Source: Octopus sinensis (Eukaryota). Taken from it: a stretch of DNA of 64,000 nucleotides. The stretch is from NCBI RefSeq assembly GCF_006345805.1, contig NC_042998.1:20398001-20462000 (forward strand), given 5' to 3'. The position numbers were made by a program, and so were the translations under genes. The notes beneath the pieces are model-generated. The model was not told the DNA's origin and made no database searches. It saw only the letters and a list, made by a program, of their open reading frames with translations. Positions 37,918 to 51,339 of the stretch are shown here, in pieces; position 1 is the stretch's first letter; each line of letters begins with the position of its first letter.

Positions 37918-37969
<52 letters not shown>

Positions 37970-38099
37970 TGTGCAGGTATATGTAGACTTATGTGTGTGT
38001 GTAAGATTCAAAATGCCTTTGGAGTCTTTGAAAGAGTATTATTTATTTCTATTTACCCGGTTTCTTAATTCTATGATTTTCAAACTCCAGCCACAGTGG

Positions 38100-38997
38100 A
38101 AACGAATACTCTTTTCTACTCTAGGCACAAGGCCCGAAATTTTGGGGGATGAGGCCAGTAGACTTGATCGACCCCAGAATGCAACTAGTACTTAATTCAT
38201 CGACCCCGAAGGATGAAAGGCAAAGTCGACCTCGGCGAAATTGAACTCACAACGTAAAAACAGACGAAATACCTATTTCTTTACTACCCACAAGGGGCTA
38301 AACACAGAGAGGACAAACAAGGACAGACAAACGGATTAAGTCGATTATATCGACTCCAGTGCGTAACTGGTACTTATTTAATCGACTCCGAAACGATGAA
38401 AGGCAAAGTTGACCTTGGCGGAATTTGAACTCAGAACGTAACAGCAGACGAAATACCGCTAAACATTTCGCCCGGCGGGCTAACGTTTCTGCCAGCTCGC
38501 TGCCTTTGAAGAAATACCTATTTCTTTACTACCCACAAGAGGCTAAACACAGAGAGGACAAACAAGGACAGACAAACGGATTAAGTGTATTATATCGACT
38601 CCAGTGCGTAACTGGTACTTATTTAATCGACTCCGAAACGATGAAAGGCAAAGTTGACCTTGGCGGAATTTGAACTCAGAACGTAACAGCAGACGAAATA
38701 CCGCTAAACATTTCGCCCGGCGGGCTAACGTTTCTGCCAGCTCGCCGCCTTTGAAGAAATACCTATTTCTTTACTACCCACAAGGGGTAAATACAGAGGA
38801 GACAAACAAGAACCGACAAACGAATTAAGTCGATTGTATCGACCCCAGTGCGTAACTGGTACTTATTTAATCGACCGCGAAAGGATGAAAGGCAAAGTTG
38901 ACCTCGGTGGAATTTGAACTCGGAACGTAGCAGCAGACGAAATATCGCTAAACATTTCGCCCGGCGTGCTAACGATTCTACCAGCTCGCCGCCTTAC
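38100..38997 (-). mobile_element. Tandem SINE C array (three ~245-bp monomers plus a terminal body and tail)
   Basis: GAAATACCTATTTC at 38266, 38511 and 38756. Confidence 0.9.
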
Positions 38998-39165
38998 AGG
39001 GGAAACAAAAACTGTAAACCTCCAGGTTCTTCCATCTCACACTACATTTGAACATCAGAGCAATGTGAAATCGGTTAAATATACATTTTCTGAAAGAAGA
39101 TTTTCAACCTCATTTTCAACCTTACTTTTGTTTGATATATATACATATACTTTTTGTTTGATATA

Positions 39166-39453
39166 TCTTTATATATAAAAGTGAAGTTGTGTGTCTGTCT
39201 CCTACGATTTAGATTTCTAACTACTCCCACATTTTGCGGTGTAGTTTAATTAAAGCGGGTATCTTATAGTCGTGATTCATATCGAGCCCTACGATGAGTC
39301 TACGATGAGTCTACGATTTAAAAAAAAATTTACCATAATCTTTTCCCATTTTTAATGCTTTTTTTTGCTATTATATAAGGGAAGTAACTCTCTAAAAATG
39401 CTTATATAGTTATTTCCCTTACCAACCTGAGCAACGCCGGGCGATACTGCTAG
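39166..39453 (+). mobile_element. Non-autonomous Helitron (288 bp)
   Basis: A|TCTTTATATATAAAAG ... CCTGAGCAACGCCGGGCGATACTGCTAG|T; termini shared with 31757-32588. Confidence 0.85.
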
Positions 39454-39485
<32 letters not shown>

Positions 39486-39687
39486 ATATAAATATATATG
39501 TCTGAATGTGTCCGTGTGTGTATATGTATGTGTGTGCGTGTGTGTGTCGTTCAATATGTAGAATTTACAAAAGAGCTACTAATAGTTTTCTTTGCACTGA
39601 GCCTGAAACATCGCTTGTAGATGCTCTAAAGCATGAAACAATTAGCTCTTATGTAAATTGTGTACATTAACGAAATACAGTGTAGAG

Positions 39688-39975
39688 GTACATGGCCTAG
39701 TGGTTAGAGCAGTGGACTCGCGGTCGAGGGATCGCGGGTTCGAATCCCAGACTGGGTGATGTGTGTGTTTATGAGCGAAATACCTATGCTCCACGCGGCT
39801 CTAACAGAAGGTAATGGCGAACTTCTGCTGTCTCTTTCGCCACAACTATCTCATACTCTTTCCTCCTGCATCTAGCAACAACTTACCTGTGACGGACCGG
39901 CGTCCTGTCCAGGTGGGAAACCTATACGCCAATGAAACCGGGAAACCAGCCTTTATGAGCCAGGAATGGCTCGAG
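39688..39975 (+). mobile_element. tRNA-derived SINE (family B/D relative)
   Basis: TGGCCTAGTGGTTAGAGC...GGTTCGAATCCC head followed by non-tRNA body. Confidence 0.75.
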
Positions 39976-40682
39976 AAAGAACAAACAACATCAGCAACAA
40001 TATACAGGATGGAGTACCTTTTTGTTGGTCCGACCTATAACGGAACTGCAAACTATGTATGTATGTAAGTACGAGCTACGAAAACATTCGTACAAAAAAT
40101 ATTTGCCGAAAGATTCATTGGTCTTCAGATATATTCAAACTAATAAAAGAAAAATTATTAAAAGACATATTCGGAGAAAAACATAGAAATAAATCTAAAC
40201 TTAATGTTTTAAACAACTTATTGTATACTGAAAATAATAACAAATTATTTTTTAGATACCTTTTTGCTATTTATTTTCAAACTGTCTTGTCATTCTTTGA
40301 GAAAATAAATGTAAATATAAATACAATGAAACCAAATTACTATTTTTCTTAAAAGATTTTTTTTTACTTGCAGCTTTAACATAATAAATGATTTTTTCGA
40401 ATAGAATATACTTTTAATTTTATGTATGTTAGGCGGCAAGCTGGCGCCGGGTATAATGCTTAACAGTATTTTGTCCGTTTTTATGATCTGTGTTCAAGTT
40501 CCGCCGAGGTCGACTTTACCTTTTATTCTTTCGGGGTCGATGAAATAAGTACTAGTTGAACACCTCCCCCGAATTTGTTGGCCTTGTATCAAAATTTGAA
40601 ACCGATTTTGTTTGTATGTGCGTGTTGTGTATACCTTCTAACATGCAATAAATATTTCAATGTTCTTTTCTGGTAATGATAA

Positions 40683-41110
40683 TCTATTATATAAAATCCG
40701 TTCTGTCTGTCTGTCTGCGTGTCTTCTAGGATCTCGGGCATCCTCCATCTGATTGCGCTCAAATTTGATATGGCGTGTATAAGTCTTGAAAAAATTACAA
40801 AAATCGATTCCAGGTGAGAATGCGATCGATAAAGCCGTGGGAACGTGCATTTGTACGCGCACGTACATCAGCCGTTGCGATGTACTTACTGGTACATTAA
40901 ACTCTTCAGTTGCGTATTTGTGTGAATAAAATCGTTTTTCTTTGGAATAGAAAAAAGTCTTTACTTCTTTTGCTGGTGTCTCAAATTTAGGTTAAATCAG
41001 TTTTTCTCAAAGGGGAGGCCTATGGGACGGTCGGACAGTTGTTTTGAGAAAATTTGATTTAAATGTTTGACAACTCAGCACCGTCCATTGGACGGGGGCC
41101 ATTTTGCTCG
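40683..41110 (+). mobile_element. Probable non-autonomous Helitron, second family
   Basis: 5' TCTATTATATAAAA with (CTGT)n; 3' hairpin CCGTCC-att-GGACGG then CTCG-T. Confidence 0.5.
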
Positions 41111-41317
41111 TTGTTTCTAAGTTAGACAGAAGGCCAGAAATTTTGAAGGGAAGATTGCCTTCGACCCCAGAACTGGACTAGTACTTTATTTTATTAACCT
41201 CTTAGTGATAAACGGCAAGAATGAATTCGGTGGGATTTAAGTTAGGAACATAAAGGGTCAGAAAATATAAACTTTACAAACCACTTTATCCGACTCCCTG
41301 TCGATAATACCTGGGAC

Positions 41318-41590
41318 TTAGTCGGTTACGACAATTGATGTTCCAGTTGATCTACTAAACGGAACAGCCTGCTCGTGAAATTAACGTGCAATTGGCTGAA
41401 CACTCGACAGACACCTGTACCACTTAATATAGTTCTCAGAGAGATTTAATGTTACACAGAATGTGACAAGGCTGGCCCTTTTGAAAAAGAGGTACAACTC
41501 ATTTTTGCCAGCTGAGTGGACTGGGACAACGTGAAATAAAGTGTCCTGCCAGAATCGAACTAAAAACCTTCTGATCGCGAAACGAATACC
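41318..41590 (-). mobile_element. Degenerate SINE family B
   Basis: Family match to 28648-28960. Confidence 0.7.
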
Positions 41591-42435
41591 CTTAACAACT
41601 AGGCCACACGTACATAATCACAATATTTACAATCAGATTATAATCGATTAGATCTACTCGATAATTTCACTGGTATTTTTTTATCGACATTATAAAGAAG
41701 TTAAATGTATGTAATTCACTGTCGCCCACTATTTCGATTCACGCTTTACAGTGTATTCATCACTAGGCTTCTGATCGCCGTTGAAATAACTATTTTTAAC
41801 AGACACATAACTCGAGAAGTCCAAAGATCTCTGGTATTTATTTAATCCGTCAACTTTAGTTGATTATCCGAATGCATGTTCTTTTTTTTACTTTTTAATT
41901 TAGAGTTGACTATGACCCTCCACCTACTCGGTAGCAAGGTTGTGAAAAAAAAACATCTTTTTTGTTCATCACCCTTTGAATCTTAAGGTCTTTCAGATTT
42001 TTATTGTCCAACATATCGCGATCGTTTATAGAGAGTGGATTAAGGAGTTGCATTTTCTCCCCCAAGAAATCAATTTCAGCTATGTTCCACCCCAGGTGGT
42101 TTGGTCCACATCCTATTGTTCCAATTATAATTGCTATGAAGTTTAAAGTGTATCTTGAATACTGAATTTATTTTGGGACTTGCAGTGTTAAAACCACGAT
42201 AAATCTCAGAGAGACAAAGAGATGAGATTTCGTCCCAGGAGCGGTGCTGAATTTTTCATCAGCCAGGCAGCTGTTCGCAACATCAGTGAATATTTTCCTC
42301 ACTTTTATTGACAAAGCAATAAATTCCAAAATTTAAAAAACGATGGGAACTTAGTTGCCAATCCAGTATATATACATATACATATACATATATATATATA
42401 TATATATATACATAAACACACACACATACACACAC

Positions 42436-42500
<65 letters not shown>

Positions 42501-42859
42501 GAGAAATTATTTTCATAATCTACTCAGTTTGACATTAGCTAGATTGAAGAATTTATATGGGCTAACCATAGTATATTCACGTCCAAAACTCGTTGTTGTT
42601 TTAGACAGATATGCTAGGCACACAATAATTGAGTTCGACTGTATAAGTATCGGTATCCATTAAACTGATCTTGTCGTAGGCGTATATTAAAAATGATTAT
42701 TACTAGGGTGACCATAGCATAGCTACAAACTTATCCGTTGAACAAAACTGTCAGAAGCAAATTCGTTCGTTTCTTTCCGTTAATCCATTAATCTGAATCC
42801 TTACTTTTCAACAAAAATGTTCACTGATCAGTTAATAATATATTCTCTTTTATTTTTCA

Positions 42860-43400
42860 CGACTTCTTGAAGAGGTTCCACTAGCTTGCCAATATCTGGG
42901 CGCTAGAAATCACTGGGTTTTGACTCGAAGTATTCATCAAGCCACGTTTTCAACTCTACGTTGTTGTTGCGCGAAACACTGTACAGAATGTTAAAAAGCA
43001 ACTGAAAAAAGATGATAATCTGAAGGTTCTGTACCAGGAGAATACGATAGATGCAGTAGAGCTTCCCAACCGACCTCTTGAATTGCATGTTTAGTCAATT
43101 ATGCGAAGTGGGAGTGAGCCTTGTCGTGTTAAGAAAAAACACGTCGTGTCGCCATATCGAAATTTTGACACTTATCCAACGAGTAAAGTTAACGGGTGAT
43201 GGTATCATGAGAGCAGCCAATCTGCTGGGCCGAATCCTTTGTGGATTGGCGCGGATCCTTGTGGATGACCTCGTTTAATCAGCTCTCGTTGAACTGAACA
43301 GGTCGGTCAGAACAAGGAGAGTCTGTGTGGTCGAATTTCCTCGCTTGAAGCGGGAGAATCCGTTTGTATACAGTTCTTTCTGTAATAGCACCTTCGCTGT
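42860..43400 (-). mobile_element. Degenerate mariner transposase fragment
   Basis: SYSPGTEPSDYHLF and ELKTWLDEYFESKPSDF. Confidence 0.65.
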
Positions 43401-43670
43401 ATACAGCACAAATATAATATCTCAAGTGGTTTGGCAGCTTTGAGACCTTTGATAGAAACTACTAGAAGGTGTCAAAAAGGCTCGTTGCTTTTATTAGTGC
43501 TCCATCGTCATATGTCTGAAAGGAGTTAAAATTTATTCACATATTAAAAACAATAAAAAAAAGTTCTCGAGGAAGAATAAAACCGCGAAATCTATGAAGA
43601 TATAAAAATATTTTTCATTAAATCAAATAACATGGAAAGAAATGGAAGTATTTATCTTACAACCAAATGT

Positions 43671-43719
<49 letters not shown>

Positions 43720-46700
43720 TTTGATACTTTGATACTTTGATAGGTTTCGGCCATTATTGGCCCAGGCCATGTCTAACTTAATAGCACCACCTGGTGAAGT
43801 CTTTCAAGTCAGAATTTGGGCACTATGGCCCACTCAAGTAGAGAGTTATTGTTTACAGAGACATATCCGGGTGTAGGGGGTTTATCCGGGATTTCTTGAA
43901 GGAATCTGTCCAAAGACTTCTTGAACCCTATAGGGTCAGTTTCTGTTTTAATGTGTTTTGGTGTAATGTTAAAGAGAGCGGGGCCAATTGAGGTGAAATA
44001 ATTGTACCGTATTGTTGTTATGAGATGAGAGTGCGATTTTTGTTTTGGGCGGATGGCACGGGGCCCAAGCCTTGGATGTACCTTAAAGGTGATGCCAACA
44101 TCATTTGGGCAATGCTGATGGAATATTTTCCACATCATGCAGATGATGTAGCGCTCACGACGACGTTGGAGAGAATAGAGTTTTAGCTTTTCTAGTCGAC
44201 CCCAATAGTCGAGGCCTGTCATGCCATCTATCTTTTTTGTGATTGCCCTTTGAGGTGCTTCAACTTTTATGATACCTTGTATTGTGTGGGGAGACCACAG
44301 TGGACAACAGTATTCAAGGTGGGGTCGGGCAAAAGTGGAGAAGAGAAGGATAATGGTGTGGATATCTCTCGATGGAAAGTTCTGAGAATCCAGGAACACA
44401 TTCTGCGGGCCATGTCAACTTTGGTGTTTATATGAGTGGCCCAGCTTACGTTGTTGTCCACAATTACTCCCAGGTCTCTGATGTTGTTGGACGCCGCGAG
44501 AGTTTCACCTGAAGGAAGGGAGTATGGGAGTTTCAGGGCATCCTCTTTTCCAAAGTGGATTAGCTCAAATTTATCCTCGTTCAGCAGCATATTGTTTTTT
44601 TCTGCCCATTGGATAACAGCCAGTAGATCTGACTGAAGGCATGTCCGGTCACTCGCCTCATTTATGACCTTCTGTAGCTTGGAGTCATCTGCAAAGATTT
44701 TTATGTTGCTGTGCTTGATGATGTCATTAATGTCATTAATGTAAATGATGAAAAGAAGTGGGCCCAGCACAGTGCCTTGCGGAACGCCACTACTGACTTT
44801 GGCTGGGCTTGATTTTACCCCTTCAACTACAACATGTTGAGATCTGTCTGTCAGGAAACACTTAATCCATTTCAGTAACTTTCCAGAGACACCAATGTTG
44901 GATAGTTTTTTCAATAGGATCTTGTGATCGACCCTGTCGAAGGCCTTACTGAAATCAAGGTAGATGACATCGGTGTTGGAGCCCTCTCCCAAAGCTCTCA
45001 AAATGTCCTCAAAGTGATGCAGGAGCTGCGTTAGGCAGTCCCTTCCATTACGGAACCCATGTTGGTTGGAGATCAGCCGTCTGTTGCTTTCCAGAAATTG
45101 GGTTATTCGAGATCTCACCACCCTCTCAAATACCTTGATGATATGAGAGGTGAGTGAGATCGGACGGAATTCACTGCAAGGGACTTGTTTCCCTTTTTGA
45201 AAACTGGGACAACAAACTGGGACAGAAGGTTTTTTGGAATATAGCCAGCATCCAGTGAGTTTCTCCACAGATTAGCAAGGGGAGATGCAAGTTGGTGTCG
45301 ACACACCTTCAGGACACAAGCAGGGAACCTATCGGGGCCTACTGCTGAATTGTTTTTATTTCGGTATCGCGCCGCTAAGACATCAGGGGCACTAAACGTT
45401 ATGTCCGATATAGTGTGTTGGGGGTTGACATCACTGATACAGCCCAGATCGGCCATATCAGGATTGCTGAAAACAGAGCAGTATTGTTTCTGCAGTATCT
45501 CGGCCATGGATTTGGCATTATCTTGGAGAGTGCCAGTTTCGTCAATTAGAGGGCCTACAGTGGAGACAGTGACCCTGCGTTTCCTCGCAAATGAAAAGAA
45601 CACTTTGGGGTGAGTTTGATTTTTTCAATGGCCCACTTCTCCTCAGCTGATCTTTGGTTATTGATGAGGGTCTTCATGCATTGTTGGAGGTTATATTTTT
45701 TGGATTCAAGCAGTGCGATAGCCGTCGAATGTGTGTGTTGCTGTTGGCAGTACTTTAGTTTGTTAATTTTTTTGTTTGTTCTTTTTATTTTTCTGATAAT
45801 GGTTTTTCTGTTTTGGGGGATTCTGCACTTTTTGTTCACAGGTCTTGGTGGGAGAGTGTTTTGCACATATGTCTGTGACGGTGTCTACAAAGATCTGCCA
45901 AGATGTTTTATGGTTGGTGGAGATGTGTGTATGTGTAAAGGACCAGTCAACATTTGATAGCTCGTTCCTGATTGCATCCCAGTTGGCTTTATGGAGATCC
46001 ATGTTGTCAAATGGGTGGGCTGGAGGAAGGTCACTAGGATTAGCTTTCGCTGGTGGAATTTCATGTTACAGAGAACCATGTCATGGTCTGAAAGAAGGGT
46101 TTTTTCCACTGTAACGTTATGTATAGTGTTAGTGTGGTTACTAAACACTAGGTCCAAAATGTTCTGATGTCTTGTTGGTGCAAGGACAAGTTGGGACAAG
46201 AAAAACTCATTCGTAAAGTCGAAAAGTGACTCTGCTGCTTCTTTGTCAGCGGTTGAGGCGGGAGTGCTTGGTTTCAAACAGTTTGTAGTCCAGTCAACAC
46301 AGGGTAGATTGAAGTCTCCCATCATGAGTATGTTGCTAGAATGGCACTGTTGAATAAAGCACTTAATGCTGTTGAGGCATTCTTTAAAGCACAGTATGGG
46401 TGTTTGGGGCGGCCTATAGAGCCCAATTACTGTCAGGTCATTGGCTTTGTTGTGCACGGTGACTGATTCACAGTAGCCGTTGGAGAATATACTATTCCAT
46501 CTGCCGTCGTAATGAATCATGCAGGAAAATGGCAGTTCCACCCTTCCTCCTGCCGATACGATCCGCGCGGATGGTTGTGAAATTCTTCACTCTCACTTCG
46601 GCTTCCAAGTGGGAGTTGTCAAGGGGGTCTCAGTGAGAATGAAGAAAGGGATGTGGTGTGAATGGTTACCAACCCAGTCTTCAATGAATTGGACCTTCCA

Positions 46701-47930
46701 TTTTTGTGCATTGATGGAAGGGCTGACACCTTGTGCATTGAGTAGGAATGTGGAGGTTAGTGTAGTGGCTGGTTTTGACTGTTGCAGGGGGCTTGGATTT
46801 TTTGTGTGTGTTAGTGGCAGCAATGTGGGGAATTGGTGCACTGGGGTAATAGCATAGGATGGTGTTGAGTGATGGCTAGAATGTTTTTGTGTATCTCTTT
46901 TGCCATGTTCAACATGGCTAAAAAAGAATTTTCCTGCTTAGGGAGCAGTTTTTGGCTGGAGGTGTGGTTGCACTGTTGGATAGGGTTGTAGTTTCCACTT
47001 TTGTTGTTGTTGTTTTTGTGTCATCCTGAAAAGACTGGGCCAGCATTACTGCAGCATGGTGTGTTCTATTTTTATTGTTATTCAGGTTTGTGTGTTGGCT
47101 TGAGGCCCCGTTCTGTTTGTGCGTCGGGTCCCTGGAAGATGAGTGAAGGGACAGTCACTCAGTAGACATGTTCTCTCACGTTGGGAATACCGGCAGATTT
47201 GGGACTCCGAGTTGTGTGTGTTTTGAATTTCGATTTACTATTTGGTGGTGTGTGATGTTATTGTGGGATGCGTGCTTTGGCCTTGGCCGGTAGTGCGTCT
47301 GGTGCCGGGTAGATTCGTGAAGATGCAGTCACTATTTGTGCAGAGTCTGGCGCAGTGAATAGCGGCATATTTGGGGATTTCTTGTTTGTGCCGTGGGGGG
47401 GGGCATTCTGCTCCTATTTCTTTAAGTTTTTGTTACTGCAGTAGTATTGAGGTGGTGATGTGGGGGAAGAGGGCAGTGGTTTCTTATTTGTTTTCTGTTG
47501 GTATTTTTGGTGATAGAAGACGATGGTGGCAGCGGTGGTGATGATGATGATAATTGTGGTGGTTGCTGTGAGAGCGATGAAAAGATACTGGCATTTAGTG
47601 AATCATCTAGTAAGCTAGAGTTGAGGAGTGGCTGTTGTTGTTCTTGTTGCTGTGGCTGTTGTTGTTGTTGTTGTGCTTGACCGATGTTAGGGTCAGCCAT
47701 TGTGCTGGGAACCAGGAGTGGCTCATTCTGTTGTTGTTGTTGTTGTGGCTGCTGATTTTCTAGCTGTTGTTGTTCTTGAACTGTGAAAATATGTAGAAGC
47801 TTTTCATAATGGCCTCTTATCAGTTTGAAAGATACTTCGATATGTTTCAACTTGCTACGAATCTGTTTGACGGATCGTGTGTTGACCACTTGTGATGTTT
47901 TTTCGGCAATCTCATTCAAACACAAGCAGA
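43720..47930 (-). mobile_element. Near full-length CR1/L2-like LINE (ORF1, APE and RT; frameshifted)
   Basis: APE motifs LNAQG, ILTET, GLYRPP, MGDFNLP, LDLVF, SDH (45885-46841); RT motifs YLDFSKAFDRVDH, GVPQGTVLGP, FADD (44267-45268); (TCAAAGTA)3 tail; ORF1 remnant upstream. Confidence 0.92.
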
Positions 47931-48007
47931 ATATATATATATATATATATACAAATGTGTCATATTTTCCGTTTGTTGTTTTTTTATATACATACATACA
48001 TACATAC

Positions 48008-48061
<54 letters not shown>

Positions 48062-48259
48062 AATATATATATATGTAAATATATTATATATATGTATATA
48101 TGTATATATGTATAAATATATGTATATATATGTATATGTATATATGTATATATATATATATATATATGTATATTATGTTATATAATGTATATGTATATAT
48201 ATATGTATATGTATATATATATGTATATGTATATATCTATATATATATATTATATATGT

Positions 48260-48293
<34 letters not shown>

Positions 48294-48325
48294 ATAATAT
48301 GTATATATATATATATATATATGTA
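47930..48325. repeat. (TA/TATG)n microsatellite at the LINE 5' truncation point
   Basis: Direct reading. Confidence 0.9.
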
Positions 48326-48564
48326 ATACTAAGCAATAAGGGTTTAGCAACGAGTTGCCTTACCACATACCGAATTTAGAAATAGCAGTCAAAGGGTTAT
48401 AGCTATTTCTTCTACTAAAAAGGGAGATCTCAGTAAAAACAGCATTTGGAAGGCAGACACAAACAGGTAAGAGAGAATGAATTGACTGCAATCTATCATA
48501 CATTTTTTAGTTATCCACGGACGTACGTTTCGAAATCAAGTTTTAAGGAAAGCATAAGAACTAA

Positions 48565-48615
<51 letters not shown>

Positions 48616-49799
48616 CATATATATATATATGATATATATATATATATGTTATATGTATATATATATACGTGTAGTAAATAAACATACGTACATATACTAA
48701 ACACGCAGACGAACGGAAAACACAGAAGGTCACCAACCCCAGTTATCGGCCAGAGGGTTGAGTGCAATTTCGGCCATTGTGTGTGTGTGTATGCATGTAC
48801 GTACTTACTACGTACATACGTGTGTATGTATATGTATATATATTTGTACATGTGTGTGTTTGTGTGTGTGTGTATGTGTCTGCGTATGCACTTACGTGTC
48901 TGTATATTGTGACTTCATTGAAAACAAATTCGTTGAAAGCCTATTGACCAGAGGATATATTCGTTGAAAAGCAAAATGGTAGGTAGGAAAAATTTTCGTA
49001 GAAAAAAAAAACATCAGAACTTAATATGAACTGAATTTTGTTTTTAAAAACAATTTATGGTAATTTTGAAATAAAAACAAATTATTTTTAAATGAAATCT
49101 ATTTTCGATTTATTTTCAGGCTGTCGTTTTAACAGAAAATTCATTTAAAAACGAAATACATCGAAACTTGATATCAACTACTTTTTTTAACAAACAATTT
49201 ATTGTAATTCTAAATCAAATAATGTTTGATATATTTGTAACGTATAGTGTCTAAAGCAGAATATCTATTTGAATGATTTATATTCTTTTCTGCTAATAAC
49301 AATAATGATGGTTTAAAATTTTGCCACAAGGGCAGTAATTTGGGGCGCGTAATTTGTTCAACTGGTACTTATTTTATCGATTTCGAAAGGATGAAAGGTA
49401 AAGTCGACCTCGGCGGAATTTGAACTCGGGCGAAATACCTAGTGGAACCTCTGCCAAGAGGTCGGGAAATAAAAGAGAATATATTATTAACTGATCAGTG
49501 AAACTTGTTGTTGAAAAGTAAGGATTCAGATTAATGGTTTAACGGAAAGAAAGGAACGAATTTATCTGACAGCCCAATACATGCACACGCACGCGCGCAC
49601 ATACACATGCATACACTTAATGTAAACCGTATTGAAATCAGATGGAATAAATATCAGAATTAGAGAGACTATTAAGCTACAGCAACGGGCTAATAGCAGC
49701 ACTGCAATAGATTGGTTTAAGAATTTAAAGGAAAAGCATAGAAGAGCAGTTTGATATTGTATATTTTTATACATCAATATCGAGATCGTTGGGCGGAAT

Positions 49800-50478
49800 A
49801 ACTATTTCTTTAATATCCAAAAGGGGCTAAACACAGAGAGGACAGACAAACGGATTAAGTCGATTATATCGACCCCAGTGCGTAACTGGAGCTTATTTAA
49901 TCGACCCCGAAACGATGAAAGGCAAAGTCGACCTCGGCGGAATTTGAACTCAGAACGTAGCGGCACACGAAATACCCATTTCTTTACTACCCACAAGGGG
50001 CTAAACACACAGAGGACAAACAAGGACAGACAAACGGATTAAGTCGATAACATCGACCCTAGTACGTAACTGGTACTTAATTTTTCGTCCCCGAAAGGAT
50101 GAAAGGCAAAGTCGACCTCGGCGGAATTTGAACTCAGAACGAAATACGGTTACTTATTTTGCCCGGCGTGCTAACGTTTTTGCCAACTCGCCGCCTTGTT
50201 AATAACAATAGTAATAAAATAATAAATACATGCGCCCTTTTAAAGCCTAGCCAGGCTCATGGGCCCGGTTTCCCAGTATCTATAGCGTATGTGTTCCCCA
50301 GCTGGACGGGACGCCAGTCCATCACAGCGTTACTCATTTTTGCCAGCTGAGTGGACTGGAGCAACGTGAAATGAAGTGTTTTGTTCAAGAACACAACGCG
50401 TCGCCCGGTCCACGAATCGAAACCACAATCTTACGATCATGATGCTGACATCCTAACCACTAAGCCACGTGCCTCCAC
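49800..50478 (-). mobile_element. SINE C (49800-50197) followed by SINE D (50228-50478)
   Basis: Family matches. Confidence 0.85.
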
Positions 50479-50644
50479 AATAACAATAATAATGTTATAT
50501 AAAAGGCACTCGATTTGAAATTTCATGGAAAAAGAGTATCGCTGTTTGGGTCTACCCAATTAGTTCACTGATTTTATTTCATCGACCCAACCTACAAGAA
50601 AGAAAAACAAAAATGACAAAGCTGATCGAGATCGCAAAAACATA

Positions 50645-50848
50645 TACTTTTACTTGTTTCAGTCATTTGACTGTGGCCATGCTGGAGCACCGCCTTTAGT
50701 CGAGCAAATCGACCCCAGGATTTATTCTTTGTAAGCCCAGTACTTATTCTATCGGTCGCTTTTGCCGAACCGCTAAGTTAAGGGGACGTAAATGCACCAG
50801 CATCGGTTGTCAAGTGATGTTGGGGGACAAACGCAGACACGCAAACAT

Positions 50849-50884
<36 letters not shown>

Positions 50885-51095
50885 TGTGGAGCGACTGACC
50901 TCCCTTGTTCGAAGGTTATATGGATACAGTTTGTGTATCAAGTAGCTAACTTAAGGCGATGGCCTCATGGAGCTAATAAGCGGACAGCTTTATTCTTATT
51001 TTTATAAGAATACCATATTAGTATGGCGATAACTATTATTTTCCGGGAACGCTGCCGTTGTTCTCTTTTAGAGAGACTTAGTAATTTTAATATTC

Positions 51096-51147
<52 letters not shown>

Positions 51148-51307
51148 GACGGGCTTCTTTCAGTTTCCGTCTACCAAATCCACTCACAACGCTTTGGTCG
51201 GCTCGAGGCTACAGTAGAAGACACTTGCCCAAGATGCCACGCAGTGGGACTGAACCCGGAACCATGTGGTTCGTAAGCAAGCTACTTACCACACAGCCAC
51301 TCCTGCG
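50645..51307 (-). mobile_element. SINE A split at its internal microsatellite by a ~220-bp insert (50880-51100)
   Basis: 3' half at 50645-50870, 5' half at 51146-51307. Confidence 0.75.
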
Positions 51308-51339
51308 TTAATATTCTAATATTGACCACATAGACCTGG

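Noticed and set aside
42195-42270. Minus-strand CTGATGA...GAAA with a possible stem III
   Set aside because: No stem II closure and no stem I pairing; likely chance
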